Source of the DNA: the human T2T-CHM13v2.0 reference genome, Homo sapiens
Assembly (NCBI RefSeq): GCF_009914755.1
Contig: NC_060948.1
Direction: 5' to 3' (one strand)
Length of the DNA stretch: 64,000 nucleotides
In this document: one piece after another, positions 1 to 17,823 of the stretch
Layout of the letters: each line of letters begins with the position of its first letter
Numbering within the stretch: the first letter of the stretch is position 1
Position numbers and translations under genes: made by a program
Notes under the pieces: generated by a model
Told to the model about the DNA's origin: nothing
The model's database searches: none
Seen by the model: only the letters and a program-made list of their open reading frames with translations

Positions 1-30
1 AAAGTCTTTGAATCCACCTTGTTCCTGTAA

Positions 31-368
<338 letters not shown>

Positions 369-424
369 CAAGATATCCCTTTTTAGGCCAAACCAACGTA
401 TAGCTTCCATGTATTGATTTATGA

Positions 425-727
<303 letters not shown>

Positions 728-739
728 GTGATTTATAAT

Positions 740-2294
740 TGTTGATGAAAAGAGTCAAACTCTGTAAAATATTTGAAGAGATTTATTCTGAGCGAAATAT
801 GAGTGACCACGGCCCGTGACACAGCTCTCAGGAGATCCCGAGAACATGTACCCCAGGTGGTCGGGGTGCAGCTTGATTTTATATATTTTAGGAAGGCATG
901 AGACATCAATCAAATACATTTCAGAAATACATTGGTTTGGTTCAGAAAGGTGGGACAACTCAACCTGGGGGCTGCCAGGCTATAGGTAAGTTTAAATATT
1001 TTCTGGTTGACAATTGGTTGAGTTTATCTGAAGACCTGGAATCAACAGAAAGGAAATGTCCAGGTGGAGATAAAGGATTGTGGGAACCAAGTTTTATTTT
1101 GCACAGGAAGCTCTCAGATAGCAGACTTCAGAGAGAACAGGTTGTAAAATGTTTCTTATCAGACCTAAAAGGGGGCCTGGCTCTTAGTTGATTATGTCCC
1201 AGATCTGGGAAGGAACAAAGGAACAAAGGGAGGGACGGAAGGAAGGAGGGAAGGAGGGAAGGAAGAGAGGGAGGGAAGGAGGGAATGAAGGAGGGAATGA
1301 GGGAGGGAAGGAGGGAATGAGGGAGGGAAGGAGGGAGGCAGGGAGGGAAGGAGGGAGGCAGGGAGGGAAGGAGGGAGGCAGGGAGGGAAGGAGGGAGGCA
1401 GGGAGGGAAGGAGGGAGGCAGGGAGGGAAGGAGGGAGGCAGGGAGGGAAGCAGGGAAGGAGGGAGGGAGGGAGGGAAGGAGGGAGGGAGGGAGGGAGGGA
1501 AAGGAGGGAGGGAGGGAGGGAAGCAGGGAAGGAGGGAGGCAGGGAGGGAAGGAGGAAGGCAGGGAGGGAAGCAGGGAAGGAGGGAGGGAGGGAGGGAAAG
1601 AGGGAAGGAGGGAGGGAGGGAGGGAGGGAAAGGAGGGAGGGAGGGAGGGAAGCAGGGAAGGAGGGAGGGAGGGAGGGAAGGAGGGAGGGAGGGAGGGAAG
1701 GAGGGAAGGAGGGAGGGAGGGAGGGAGGGAAGGAGGGAGGGAGGGAAGGAGGGAGGGAGGGAAAGGAGGGAGGGAGGGAGGGAGGGAAGGAGGGAGGGAG
1801 GGAGGGAAGGGAGAGAGGGAAAGAAGGGAGGGAGGGAAAGAAGGAATGGAGGGAAGGAAGGAAGGGAAAGAAGGGAGGGAAGGAAGGAAGGGGAGAAGGG
1901 AGGAAGGAAGGGGAGAAGGAAGGAAGGAAGGGAGGAAGGAAGGGGAGAAGGAAGGAAGGAAGGGGAGAAGGAAGGGAGGAAGGAAGGGAGGAAGGGAGGT
2001 AAGGGAGGTAAGGGAGGGAGGGAGGAAAGGCTATTCTCTATAGAATGTGGATTTTTCCCACAAGAGACTTCTCAGGGCAATTTCAAGGTATGGCAAGGAA
2101 ATATATTTTGGGGTTAAATACATTGTTTTTCCTTGTCTCATTATGTTATGCCAGAGTCACATTGGAAAGTAAGTTACGATATATAGGGTTAAATAAAACC
2201 CATCTAATGAGAACTCATGGTTTGTAAAGAATGACTCCCTAGACCCTTTAGATAGGAATTTGGGCAAGATAAAAAAATCAGAACTTCGTCCTCA
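740..2294 (-). mobile_element. MER4-family ERV1 LTR containing an expanded purine tract
   Basis: tgttgatgaaaagagtcaaactctgtaaaatatttgaagag...gtcctca termini, MER4 hallmark text. Confidence 0.8.
1229..2028. repeat. (GGAG/GGAA)n polypurine tract with 20-bp higher-order unit gagggaggcagggagggaag
   Basis: Directly visible, ~800 bp. Confidence 0.97.
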
Positions 2295-2380
2295 TGATTT
2301 TGCCTGGAGCAGCTTCTGTCCTGAAATTTACCCGACTTGAAACACTATGGCTCGGAAGTCATTGAAAAGATTGGGTCTTA

Positions 2381-2689
<309 letters not shown>

Positions 2690-3361
2690 TTAAGCGTGAG
2701 CTGCCTGAGTCTCCTGGCTTGGTGCTGTCCAAATAAACACTATCCTTTCTCTTGCTGCAAAGCCTCATTGTGGAGGTTTGACCTAAGTGCACCAGGCAAG
2801 TGGACACCAGTCCAGTTTGGCAACAAAACAGGCATCAGTAACGTGGGGTACAGGGTGACAAAGGCCTACATCAGCAGCTTTTTATGAGATGAAAAGATTT
2901 CCTATCAGGAGAACATAAACAGACTTAGACTAAGGTGTTGGACTTCTGTTCGTCTGAGGATCCTGTTTCTTGCTGCCTGGTGAGAAGGTAGTGAGGTCAT
3001 TTGGGTATACATAGCAGCATTAACAGCTTGAACCTAGCGAATATAGATGCCCATCTGTCTGCAGAACTTGCCTCCCTCTGCCCTCAAATGAGCTGCTTAA
3101 GGAGCCATCCATCTTAGCTAGCTCTGCTGCGTAACAAAACGCCCCAAACGTAGTAGCTTAAAAAACAACACCCCTTTATGATCTCACAGTTCTGTAAGTC
3201 AGAAGATTGGGTTTAGATTAACAGGATGTCTCCATTTAGAGTCTCACAAGGCTGGAATTAAGGTGTCAGACAAAGCTGAGATGACATCTGTAGCTTAGGA
3301 TGCTCTTCCAGGCATGCTGAATTGGGAGGCAAAATTCAGCTTCTTGTGGTTGTGAGATTGA

Positions 3362-4143
<782 letters not shown>

Positions 4144-4198
4144 TCATCTCACCCTCTTTGAGGCAGGTCCAGCACAGATGATCTCTCCTTTGATTAAA

Positions 4199-4327
4199 CC
4201 CACGTATGCCTAGTGTTCCATTATTGGAATGCTAAGCATGTGGAGTTATTTATATCCTACTGCTCAAGGTCATCGCCAAGATCTGATGGCAAAAATTCAA
4301 AAACTTGCAACTTCAGGCATAAATGGA
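4199..4327 (-). mobile_element. MER85 (piggyBac/PGBD3-derived MITE)
   Basis: TIRs cccacgtatgcct...aggcataaatgga, TTAA at 4194-4197 and 4328-4331, internal palindrome gttccattattggaat. Confidence 0.92.
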
Positions 4328-4448
4328 TTAACTCAAAGTTTTGAATCAAAGAAGATGAGTGAGGCAAGCCTCCATTAGTTTAGAGGTTAATTTTGCCACG
4401 GTTGAGAATGTGCCCCAGTCCAGGAAAAACAGACGCCAGTCACCATAG

Positions 4449-5169
<721 letters not shown>

Positions 5170-5580
5170 TAAAAGAGGCAAATGATTACATTCTTGTGAG
5201 TCTTTGATTGGCACTCTCTGAATACACATTTTACATGGCAAAGTGCGGGTAGAGGAACAGTCAATCACGCGTTCATTTCATGCACAGTAAATCCACTTTT
5301 GCATAAGACAAAGTCAACATACAGAAGAGGAAGATGTCAAACATGCATTTGTCTCAGGGTGGGCGGAGAGATCATTTCTAGTCTTATCTTTGTCCCACAC
5401 TTGTGAAGACAAGTTGTTAATTTACATTGTCAGGGAGAAATTCAACAGAACTCTGTTTTAGGGGAAAGATTTTGGAGCCCACAAGAAATTTCCTTATGAG
5501 CAATTTGTGAGAGCATCTCCGCTGGGGAGGGATGTGCAGAAATGAAGAGGCTACAACAAGTGTCTGAAGATAGTCCTGAA

Positions 5581-5882
5581 GGCCAGGTGCAGTGGCTCAT
5601 GCCTGTAATACCAGAGCTTTGGGAGGCTGAGGCAGGAGGATTGCTTGAGCCTAGCAGTTCGAGACCAGCCTGGGCAACATGGTGAAACCTCGTGTCTACC
5701 AAAAATACAGAAAAAAAAAAAAAAAAAAAGCAGCTGGGTGTGGTGATGGTGGTGCATGCCTGTAGTCCCAGCTACTTGGGAGGCTGAGGTGGGAGGATCA
5801 CTTGAGCTGAGAAGGTCAAGGCTGTGCCACTGCACTCCAGCCTGGGCAACACAGTGACAACCCAATCTCAAAAAAAAAAAAA
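5581..5882 (+). mobile_element. AluJ
   Basis: gaggattgcttgagcc diagnostic text. Confidence 0.93.
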
Positions 5883-5922
5883 GATACCCTTCCAGCCAGA
5901 TGAATGCACATGACCACTGGCA

Positions 5923-6442
5923 TGAGAGGAGGTCGGCATTAAGATACAGGTCCTAAGGACCTTGTTGATAAAACAGGTTGTGGTAAAGAAGCTGGCCAAA
6001 CCCCATGCAAACCAAGATGGCGACGAGACTGACCTCTGGTCTTCCTCACTGTTCATTATACGCTAACTCTAATGCATTCGCTGCTAAAAGACACTTCCAT
6101 CAGCCTCATGGCAGTTTACAGATGTCATGGCAATGTCAGGAAGTTACCCTATAGGGTCTAAAAAGGGGAGGAACCCTCAGTTCCCAGAACCGCCCACCGG
6201 CTTCCCAGAAAACTCACGAATAATCTTTCCCTTGTTTCGCACAGAATCAAGAAATAACCATAAAAATCACCAACTGGCAGCCCTCGGTGCTGCTCTGCCA
6301 ATGGAGTGGCCACTCTTTATTCCTTTACTTTCTTAATCAACTTGCTTTCACTTTACTCTATGGACTCACCCCAAATTCTTTCTTGCACAAGATCCAAGAA
6401 CCCTCTCTTGGGGTCAGGATCAAGACCCCTTTCCAGTAAACA
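5923..6442 (+). mobile_element. MER41B ERV1 LTR (5'-truncated)
   Basis: aaaaaggggaggaaccctcagttcc..., gatccaagaaccctctcttggggtc...cctttccagtaaaca. Confidence 0.88.
6181..6210. promoter_or_regulatory. Tandem GAS (STAT) motifs TTCCCAGAA x2 in MER41B
   Basis: 6181-6189 and 6202-6210 match TTCnnnGAA; function untested. Confidence 0.55.
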
Positions 6443-6638
6443 ACGCCTCATGTTTTCTATAATAATTTCATTACTTTGTGTGCCCACTGACAATGGTAAT
6501 GGTCTAACCCGGGGTTGGTCAACTGCAGCCCTCTAGCAAAATCCAGCCCCTTGCCTATTTTTGTGCACCTTGTAAACCAAAAAACTATTTCCACATCTTT
6601 TAAACAGTGGGTTAAAAAAAATCAAAAGAAGGATAACA

Positions 6639-7648
<1,010 letters not shown>

Positions 7649-7764
7649 GGGTCAACTGTATTTTGTGCCACGTGATAAATATATACATTTACATCTCAGT
7701 GTCCCTCAAGATTCTTAGAACACAGAACTTGCCCATTCATTTACATATTGCGCTGTTGTGGTAG

Positions 7765-8115
<351 letters not shown>

Positions 8116-8275
8116 CACTACCCGACCTTGTAAGAAGTTTGTCCACCCCTGCTATGGTCAGAGCTCATAACTGGTACCTTGAAATCTGTCCGGTATGTTC
8201 TCATGCAGAACTTCAAGAGTTATACATTGTGCCAGTAGCGAAAAAAAAAAAAAAAAAAGAAAGAAAAAAAAAAGG

Positions 8276-8569
8276 GGCCAGGCATGGTGACTCACACCTG
8301 TAATCCCAACACTTTGGGAGGCTGAAGTGGGTAGACTATGAGGTCAAGAGTTCAAGACCAGCCTGACTAACATGGTGAAACGCTGTCTCTACTGAAAATA
8401 CAAAAATTAAGCGGGCGTGGTGGCAGGTGCCTGTAATCTCAGCTACTCAGAAGGCTGAGGCAGCAGAATCACATGAACCTGGGAGATGGAGGATGCAGTG
8501 AGCCAAGATCGTGCCACCGCACTCCAGCCTGGGCGACAGAGCAAGACTCTGTCTCAAAAAAAAAAAAAA
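8276..8569 (+). mobile_element. AluS (Sg-like)
   Basis: Full Alu. Confidence 0.95.
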
Positions 8570-8656
8570 GATGAAGTTATGAAAATAATAAGTCCAAACA
8601 AATTTTGATTTTTGTCTTTATAGCATTATTCCTGGAGATTAAAAAAAATTGGAGGT

Positions 8657-8955
<299 letters not shown>

Positions 8956-9185
8956 TTATGAGATGACATTATGAAAATAATAAGCTCAAATGAACTAATT
9001 CTGATTTTTGTCTTTATAGCATTATTCCTGGACATTAAAAAAATGTGGAGGTGGCCAGTTATGGATACTAAGCACCCAGGCAGCCCCAGCCAGCACCCAA
9101 GTGGCCACTTGGAGGGTGAGAAATGAATAAAATGGCTAAGCTCTCCACAGGAGGCCGTAAGGTCCAAACACAACGGATCAGTTTG

Positions 9186-10655
9186 TGGGGGGAGGGGAGG
9201 GGGAGGGGGAGGGGGAGGAGGGGAGGGGGAGGGGGAGGGGGAGGAGGGGAGGGGGAGGGGGAGGAGGGGAGGGGGAGGAGGGGGAGGGGAGGGGGAGGGG
9301 GAGGGGGAGGGGGAGGAGGGGGAGGAGGGGGGGAGGGGGAGGGGGAGGAGGGGGAGAGGGGGAGGAGGGGGAGAGGGGGAGGAGGGGGAGAGGGGGAGAG
9401 GGGGAGGAGGGGGAGGAGGGGGAGAGGGGGAGGAGGGGGAGAGGGGGAGGAGGGGGAGGAGGGGGAGAGGGGGAGGAGGGGGAGAGGGGGAGGAGGGGGA
9501 GAGGGGGAGGAGGGGGAGAGGGGGAGGAGGGGGAGAGGGGGAGGAGGGGGAGAGGGGGAGGGGGAGGGGAAAGAGGGGGAGGGGAAGAGGGGGAGGGGAA
9601 AGAGGGGGAGGGGGAGGAGGGGTAGAAGGAGGGAGGAAGAGGGGGAGGAGGGGGAGGAGGGGGAGGGGAGGAGGGGGAGGAGGGAGGAAGAGGAGGAGGG
9701 AGAAGGGAGGAGGAGGGAGAAGGGAGAAGAGGGGGAGGAGGGAGAAGGGAGAAGGGAGAAGAGGGGGGAGGAGGGAGAAGGGAGAAGAGGGGGGAGGAGG
9801 GAGAAGGGAGAAGAGGAGGGGGAAGGAGGGAGAAGGGAGAAGAGGAGGGGGAGGAGGGAGAAGGGAGAGGAGGAGGGGGAGGAGGGAGAAGGGAGAGGAG
9901 GAGGGGGAAGGAGGGAGAAGGGAGAAGAGGAGGGGGAGGAGGGAGAAGGGAGAGGAGGAGGGGGAGGAGGGAGAAGGGAGAGGAGGAGGGGGAGGAGGGA
10001 GAAGGGAGAAGAGGGGGAGGAGGGAGAAGGGAGAAGAGGAGGGGGAGGAGGGAGAAGGGAGAAGAGGAGGGAGAAGAGGAGGGAGAAGAGGAGGGAGAAG
10101 AGGAGGGAGAAGAGGAGGGAGAAGAGGAGGGAGAAGAGGGGGAGAAGGGGAGGAAGGGGAGGGGGAGGGGGAGGGGGAGGGGAGGAGGGGGAGGGGAGGA
10201 GGGGGAGGGGGAGGGGGAGGAGGGGGGAGGAGGGGGAGGAGGGGGGAGGAGGGGGAGGAGGGGGGAGGAGGAGGGGGGAGGAGGGGGAGGAGGAGGGGGG
10301 AGGAGGGGGGAGGAGGGGGAGGGGAGGGGGGAGGGGAGGGGAGGAGGGGGAGGGGAGGGGAGGAGGGGGAGGGGAGGGGAGGAGGGGGAGGGGAGGGGGA
10401 GGGGGAGGGGAGGGGGAGGAGGTGGAGGGGAGGGGGAGGAGGTGGAGGGGAGGGGGAGGAGGTGGAGGGGAGGAGGGGGAGGGGAAGGGGAGGAGGGGGA
10501 GGGGAAGGGGAGGGGGAGGGGAAGGGGAGGAGGAGGGGACGGGGAGGAGGAGGGGAAGGGGAGGAGGAGGGGAAGGGGAGGAGGAGGGGACGGGGAGGAG
10601 GAGGGGACGGGGAGGTGAAGACGAGGAGGAGGGGACGGGGAGGAGGAAGGGGAGG
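9186..10655. repeat. G-rich polypurine low-complexity tract (GGGGA/GGA; GGGAGAAGAGGA sub-array)
   Basis: ~1.47 kb almost entirely G/A on + strand. Confidence 0.97.
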
Positions 10656-10778
10656 ACTTCCACCCTTTTGGCACCAGGAACCGGTTTCATGGAAGACAAT
10701 TTTTCCGTGGACCGAAAATGAGGGTAGATGGTTTCAGGATGATTTGCACACATTGCATTTATTGTACACTCTATTTTT
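10656..10778 (+). mobile_element. MER1A fragment (hAT-Charlie)
   Basis: ccttttggcaccaggaaccggtttcatggaagacaatttttcc...gatggtttcaggatgatt. Confidence 0.85.
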
Positions 10779-11060
10779 CTTTTCTTTTCTTTGAGATGGA
10801 CTCTCACTCTGTTGCCCAGGCTGCAGTGCAGTGGTGCAGTCTTGGCTCACTGCACCTCCGCTTCCTGGGTTCAAGCAATTCTCCTATCTCAGCGTCTTGA
10901 GCAGCTAGGATTACGAGTGTGTGCCACCACGTACAGCTAATTTTTGAACCAGGATTTCACCATGTTGGCCAGGCTGGTCTCGAACTCCTGACCTCAAGCA
11001 ATCTGCCCACCTTGGTCTCCCAAAATGCTGGGATTACAGGCATGAGCCACCGCACGCAGT
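10775..11060 (-). mobile_element. AluS
   Basis: Alu with small central deletion. Confidence 0.93.
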
Positions 11061-11477
11061 CCTCGATTTTATTTTAAAGATTATTTCTTGAAGGAGCTGA
11101 ACTCCAGTGAGCACACCCTCCCCACAGTTTTCGTCTCTTTCGCTGTTTGGTATGTCATGAAAGGAAAGATGAAAAGATCCTAATGTTATTCGTTCCTCTG
11201 AGAAATGACCGTGCTCCTTGTCCGGAGGTGAACGCCTGGCGCTCAGCTGCACACCCCGGGGGCCTGATGTTCCGATCTGGGAATGAGGTCGCCGCATCTA
11301 TTCGGTAATGACTATCATCATTTTGTTAGGGTGCCACACCAATTTTCCGCATCGTCTTCCCTGGGGTCGTAAAGAACACATTCAGGTTTGGCAGAATCTG
11401 TTCATCAAAGCTGGTCAACCTTTTCAGAGAATACACGACATTGAGACAGAAAATTTGTTTTGTTTTTCTCCAGATGA

Positions 11478-11829
<352 letters not shown>

Positions 11830-11831
11830 GG

Positions 11832-12376
<545 letters not shown>

Positions 12377-12671
12377 AATAACTGTAAATAACTGTAAGCG
12401 AGTGCACGGCTAGTACAATGATCTGGCCGCCCACGGTATGACTGAGGATGTCCATTTTCAGACCCTCCACATTTGCTGAAAGCAGGAGCGATCCCCTGGA
12501 AACCCTCCCAGATACAGGTGGAGAAACGTTGGAGTCATGGACCGAGTCTTTGATCTCTAGCACAAAGACCTTATGTCAATCCATCAGCCAGGAAACACAG
12601 TTCTCATGAAGTTCACACACTGAAGAGGAGAGCTGTGTGCTCCATGAGAGACGGACAAGATCAATTGGTAA

Positions 12672-13256
<585 letters not shown>

Positions 13257-14599
13257 TGACTTTAAACCCATTCGGAAGAGTTTTCCTAGAATTGCTACAC
13301 TCGGAGACATGAGGCAATGCTTACTCTGACTTTTGACGTTTTCAAGTGTACAGTTGAAAGTCAACAACATGGGTGAATGTGGCAACCCCTCCTTACACAA
13401 TCAGAGACAGTCACTGCCAAGCCGCTTCGTGGATTGTCATTAGCTTCCAATGAGAAACAGGTGCACAATCAAGGTCTAAAGATAAAGAGGGTTAAGTGCA
13501 AGACAGCAGCCATGACGTGTCGGTCCACGTACAGCCTGTCTGCCTGAGGGCTCAGTGATCCAAAAAGACACTGCAGGTCAGCACTTCAGAGTGTTCGCAA
13601 CATCCGGGGTTACTTAACCCTGTGGCTTGACAAGCAGCAGAGATTTGCAAACAATGATAGCTTCTGTGCCACTTCAGCCGAACACTGGCTCTGAAAACAG
13701 CCTCAGTATCTGACAAGCTCTCATTCCTGGGCTTGTGGCGTGGCTGTCCATTGAGAGAGCCTAAGTATATCTTCATGCCGAGGGGATGGGAGCATTTATA
13801 TAAATAAATGTTTGCACTGATTACAGCACTGCTGCCAAAGAGCTTGATGGGCGATGATGATCCGATTTCGCCATGGCAGCTTATGTTTACAGAACCCGGC
13901 TCCATTGCAGACAGGACATCGAATGTGTAACGCAGTATTTAAATGTCCACTGACATTTACAGCTCGTGTCAGCCCAAGAGGGAAGAGGCGTTGGTGTCCC
14001 AGTCTGCCAAGGAGGGCTCCTGCTATGGAATGAATGGTGTCACCCCGAATCTCATGTGTGGAAACCCTAATGCCAAAGGGGATGGTATTTGGAGACGGAG
14101 CCTTTGGGAGATGATGATGTTTACATCAGGTCGTGAAGGTGGGATCCTTATGTTGGGATTCGTGCCCTTGTAAGAAGAGACACCAGGGCACACATGCTCC
14201 CTCGTGCTCCACCCCCCTCTCTCTCTGCCCTGCGAGACCATCCGTAAACCAAGAAGAGGAACCTCTCAAGTACCCAACCATGGTGCCACCTGGATGTAAA
14301 CATTTCTGCCTCCAGTACTATAGAGAAATAAATTTCTGTTATTTATGCCACCCCATCTATGGTCCAGTTAACCCTTAAACAACACAGGTTTGAATTGCAC
14401 GGGTCCACTTCTACAGGCATTTTCTTCTACCTCTGCCACCCCGGAGCCAGCAAGACCAATCCCTCCTCTCCGCTCTCATCTTAGGCTACTCAAGGTGAAG
14501 ACGATAAGGATGAAGACCTTCATGACGATCCACTCCCACTTCAGAAATAGTAAATATATTTTCTCTTCTCTATGATTTTTAAAAATTTAGTTTGGTGTC

Positions 14600-14890
14600 C
14601 TTTTTTGTTTTTAATTATCTTTCCATAAGTGATTGGGGTACTGGTGGTATTTGGTTACCTAAGTTCTTTAGTGGTGATCTGTGAGATTTTGGTACACCCA
14701 TCACCCGAACAGTATATACTGCACCCTATTTGTAGTGTTTATCCCTCACCCCCCTCCCACTCTTCCCCCCCAAGACCCCAAATTCCATTTTATCATTCTT
14801 ATGCCTTTGTGTCCTCATAGCTTAGCTCCCACGTAACACTGAGAACATACGATGTTGGTTTTTCATCCCTGAGTTACTTCACTTAGAATA
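14600..14890 (-). mobile_element. L1PB 3' end
   Basis: ttccataagtgattggggtactggtggtatttggttac...gagttacttcacttagaat. Confidence 0.85.
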
Positions 14891-14901
14891 AAAGTTCCTT
14901 A

Positions 14902-15202
14902 TCAGGCGTGGTGGCTCAAGCCTGTAATCTCCACACTTTGGGACGCCAAGGCGGGTAGGTCACCTAAGGTCAGGAGTTCAAGACCAGCCTGACCAACGTG
15001 GTGAAACCCTGTCTCTACTAAAAATACAAAAATTAGCTGGGCGTGGTGGCGTGCACCTTTAGTGCCAGCTACTCGGGAGGCTGAGGCAGGAGAATCACTT
15101 GAACGTGGGAGGCGTAGGCTGTACTGAGCAGAGATCACACCACTGAACTCCAGCCTGACTCCAGGGCAACAGAGTGAAACTCCATCTCAAAAAAAAAAAA
15201 AA
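14902..15202 (+). mobile_element. AluS
   Basis: TSD aaagttccttat. Confidence 0.95.
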
Positions 15203-15248
15203 AGAATGAAAGTTCCTTATGATTTTTGATTCTCAAAGTTCCTTATAA

Positions 15249-15315
15249 GGCGATTCTCCTGCCTCAGCCTCCTGAGTAGCTGGGATTACAGGCGTGCGCC
15301 ACCATGCCCGGCTAA
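15249..15315 (-). mobile_element. Internal Alu fragment
   Basis: gcgattctcctgcctcagcc...cccggctaa, no tail. Confidence 0.9.
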
Positions 15316-15547
15316 AAAAAAAACAAACAGCATTTTCTTTTCTCTAGCATACTTTAATAATACAGTATACAATACATAAAACATACAAAATATATGTTAA
15401 TCGACTTTATGGTATTGATAAGGCTTCTGCTCAACAATAGGATATTCATAAGTTTTGGGTGAGTCAAAAGTTATCTTTGGATTTTCAACTGTGCCAGGGA
15501 CGTGTGTGGCGCCCCTAACTCCCACATTGTTCAAGGGTCAACTCTAG

Positions 15548-15916
<369 letters not shown>

Positions 15917-16120
15917 TGAATCTGTCACAGGGTGAATACATCTCCAAATGCATTTGAAAACTCCTACGGGATGCTACAGAAACACGTGAGGGAAGAGTGG
16001 GTGTGGACATACTCTCCATCTGTTACACTCAGAGTACTCCAACTACAGGAGTGAGATGCCTCAAGACAGGCCAAGGCAGAAACAAGCATCACTATGAACC
16101 CCAGAATAGATATGTTTTTT

Positions 16121-16415
16121 GGCCAGACACGGTGGTACACGCCTGTAATCCCAGCACTTTAAGAGGCCCAGGTGAGAAGACTGCTGGAGGCCAGGAGTTT
16201 AAGACCAGCCTGAGCAACAGAGGAAGATCCCATCTCTACAAAATATTTAAAATATATACATAGCTGGGAATGATGATGCGTACCTACAGCCCCAGCTACT
16301 TTAGACACTGTGGTGGGAAGATCACTCGAGCCCGGGAGGCTGAAGCTGTCGTGAGCCACAGTCACACCACTGCACTCCAGCCTGGGTGACAGAGTGAGAT
16401 CCGGTCTCGAAAAAA
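16121..16415 (+). mobile_element. AluJ
   Basis: Diverged full Alu. Confidence 0.9.
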
Positions 16416-16503
16416 TCATCATTATCGTCACAGTAATGAGAGGAATTTTAGGTGATAGGTGGTTACTAATTTCAAAAATAGGGGCTTCCGGTTTCTCCTC
16501 TAA

Positions 16504-16544
16504 TGATACAGGGGTTAAGAAGAAATGACTTAAGCAGATAGTAA
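16504..16544 (+). mobile_element. LTR9/MER61-type LTR, first 41 bp only
   Basis: 37/41 identical to 17331-17371. Confidence 0.85.
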
Positions 16545-16712
16545 AAATTAGCTGGGTGTGGTGGTGCACACCTGTCATCCCAGCTACTTGGGAGGCTGAG
16601 ATGTGAGGATCACCTGAGCCTCGGAAGTTGAAGTTGCAGTGAGCCATGATCACACCACTGCACTCCAGCCTGGGTAACAGATGGAGACCCTGTCTGGAAA
16701 AAAAAAAAAAAA
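16543..16712 (+). mobile_element. AluJ right arm
   Basis: aaattagctgggtgtggtgg...poly-A. Confidence 0.92.
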
Positions 16713-17209
16713 GATTTTGCACAAAGTTTTACGATGACTCTGCTTTGTAATTAAAAGTAATTTCTGCTTTGTTGGTGATTTCTCACACATTTATCTGGTA
16801 GACCAGATACCTGCATGTGATAGGGTAAGAAGGACCCATTTCCCTCCAAGGAGAACAGCATTGCAAGGGGGTTGAGGACGCATGCATGTGGAATCCAAAC
16901 ATTGAATGCACTGAGACGGCGCTGCATGAAGCCTGTCTGTGAGTTTATGATGAAGCTGCACAGAGCTCCGTAGGCGGCTCTCACTCCTCTCTCTCAGCCT
17001 TTGGCTTCAGTTTAATTGCATACACACCCTTCAGAGCTGCTCGGGGCCCCCACTTCTTCAGCCTTCTGGCATTTTTCTAAGAAACACTAAACCTCTTTCC
17101 AACGTTGCCCTTGGATTTTGTGTGCACGTCTTCCAGCCCTTGAGCTGCTTGACCTGTGCTTGCAAGGGTTCCATAACACTGGATAGGACAGAAGCTCCGC
17201 CCAGCCCCA

Positions 17210-17300
17210 GGTGAAAGCTCTGTGCTCTTCAGGGACCATGTCCTATTCACACTGTCTCCCTCACATCTAATACAGTCATGATACTCGGCAATATAGTACT
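17210..17300 (+). mobile_element. L2 3'-end fragment
   Basis: gaaagctc...cagggaccatgtcctattcacactgtctccc...atctaatacagt resembles L2 tail. Confidence 0.5.
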
Positions 17301-17371
17301 CCACCCAACAGGCAACTCAGAGTCTGCCAGTGATACAGGAGTTAAGAAGAAATCACTTAGGCAGACAGTAA

Positions 17372-17711
<340 letters not shown>

Positions 17712-17823
17712 AGCTTTTCTCTTTAACGAAAAGCAGCCCCAAGTCATTTTCTAACAATGAACAGCCTGTCAAGTCGAGCTGCAGACATACACAAGCCAGC
17801 TGGGAGCTTGTACGGGTGAATGT

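Larger units (their letters stand above)
14365..15544 (+). mobile_element. Tigger2a with L1 and Alu insertions
   Basis: cagttaacccttaaacaacacagg...ttgttcaagggtcaact TIRs. Confidence 0.85.

Noticed and set aside
1229-2028. EWSR1-FLI1-type GGAA microsatellite
   Set aside because: Mostly GGAG; consecutive GGAA runs are only about three units
1188-2117. 309-aa G/R/E/K-rich ORF
   Set aside because: Open only because the purine tract lacks stop codons; lies inside an LTR
9068-10807. 500-580 aa Pro-rich and Gly/Arg/Glu-rich ORFs on both strands
   Set aside because: Low-complexity artefact open in several frames; ends run into MER1A/Alu
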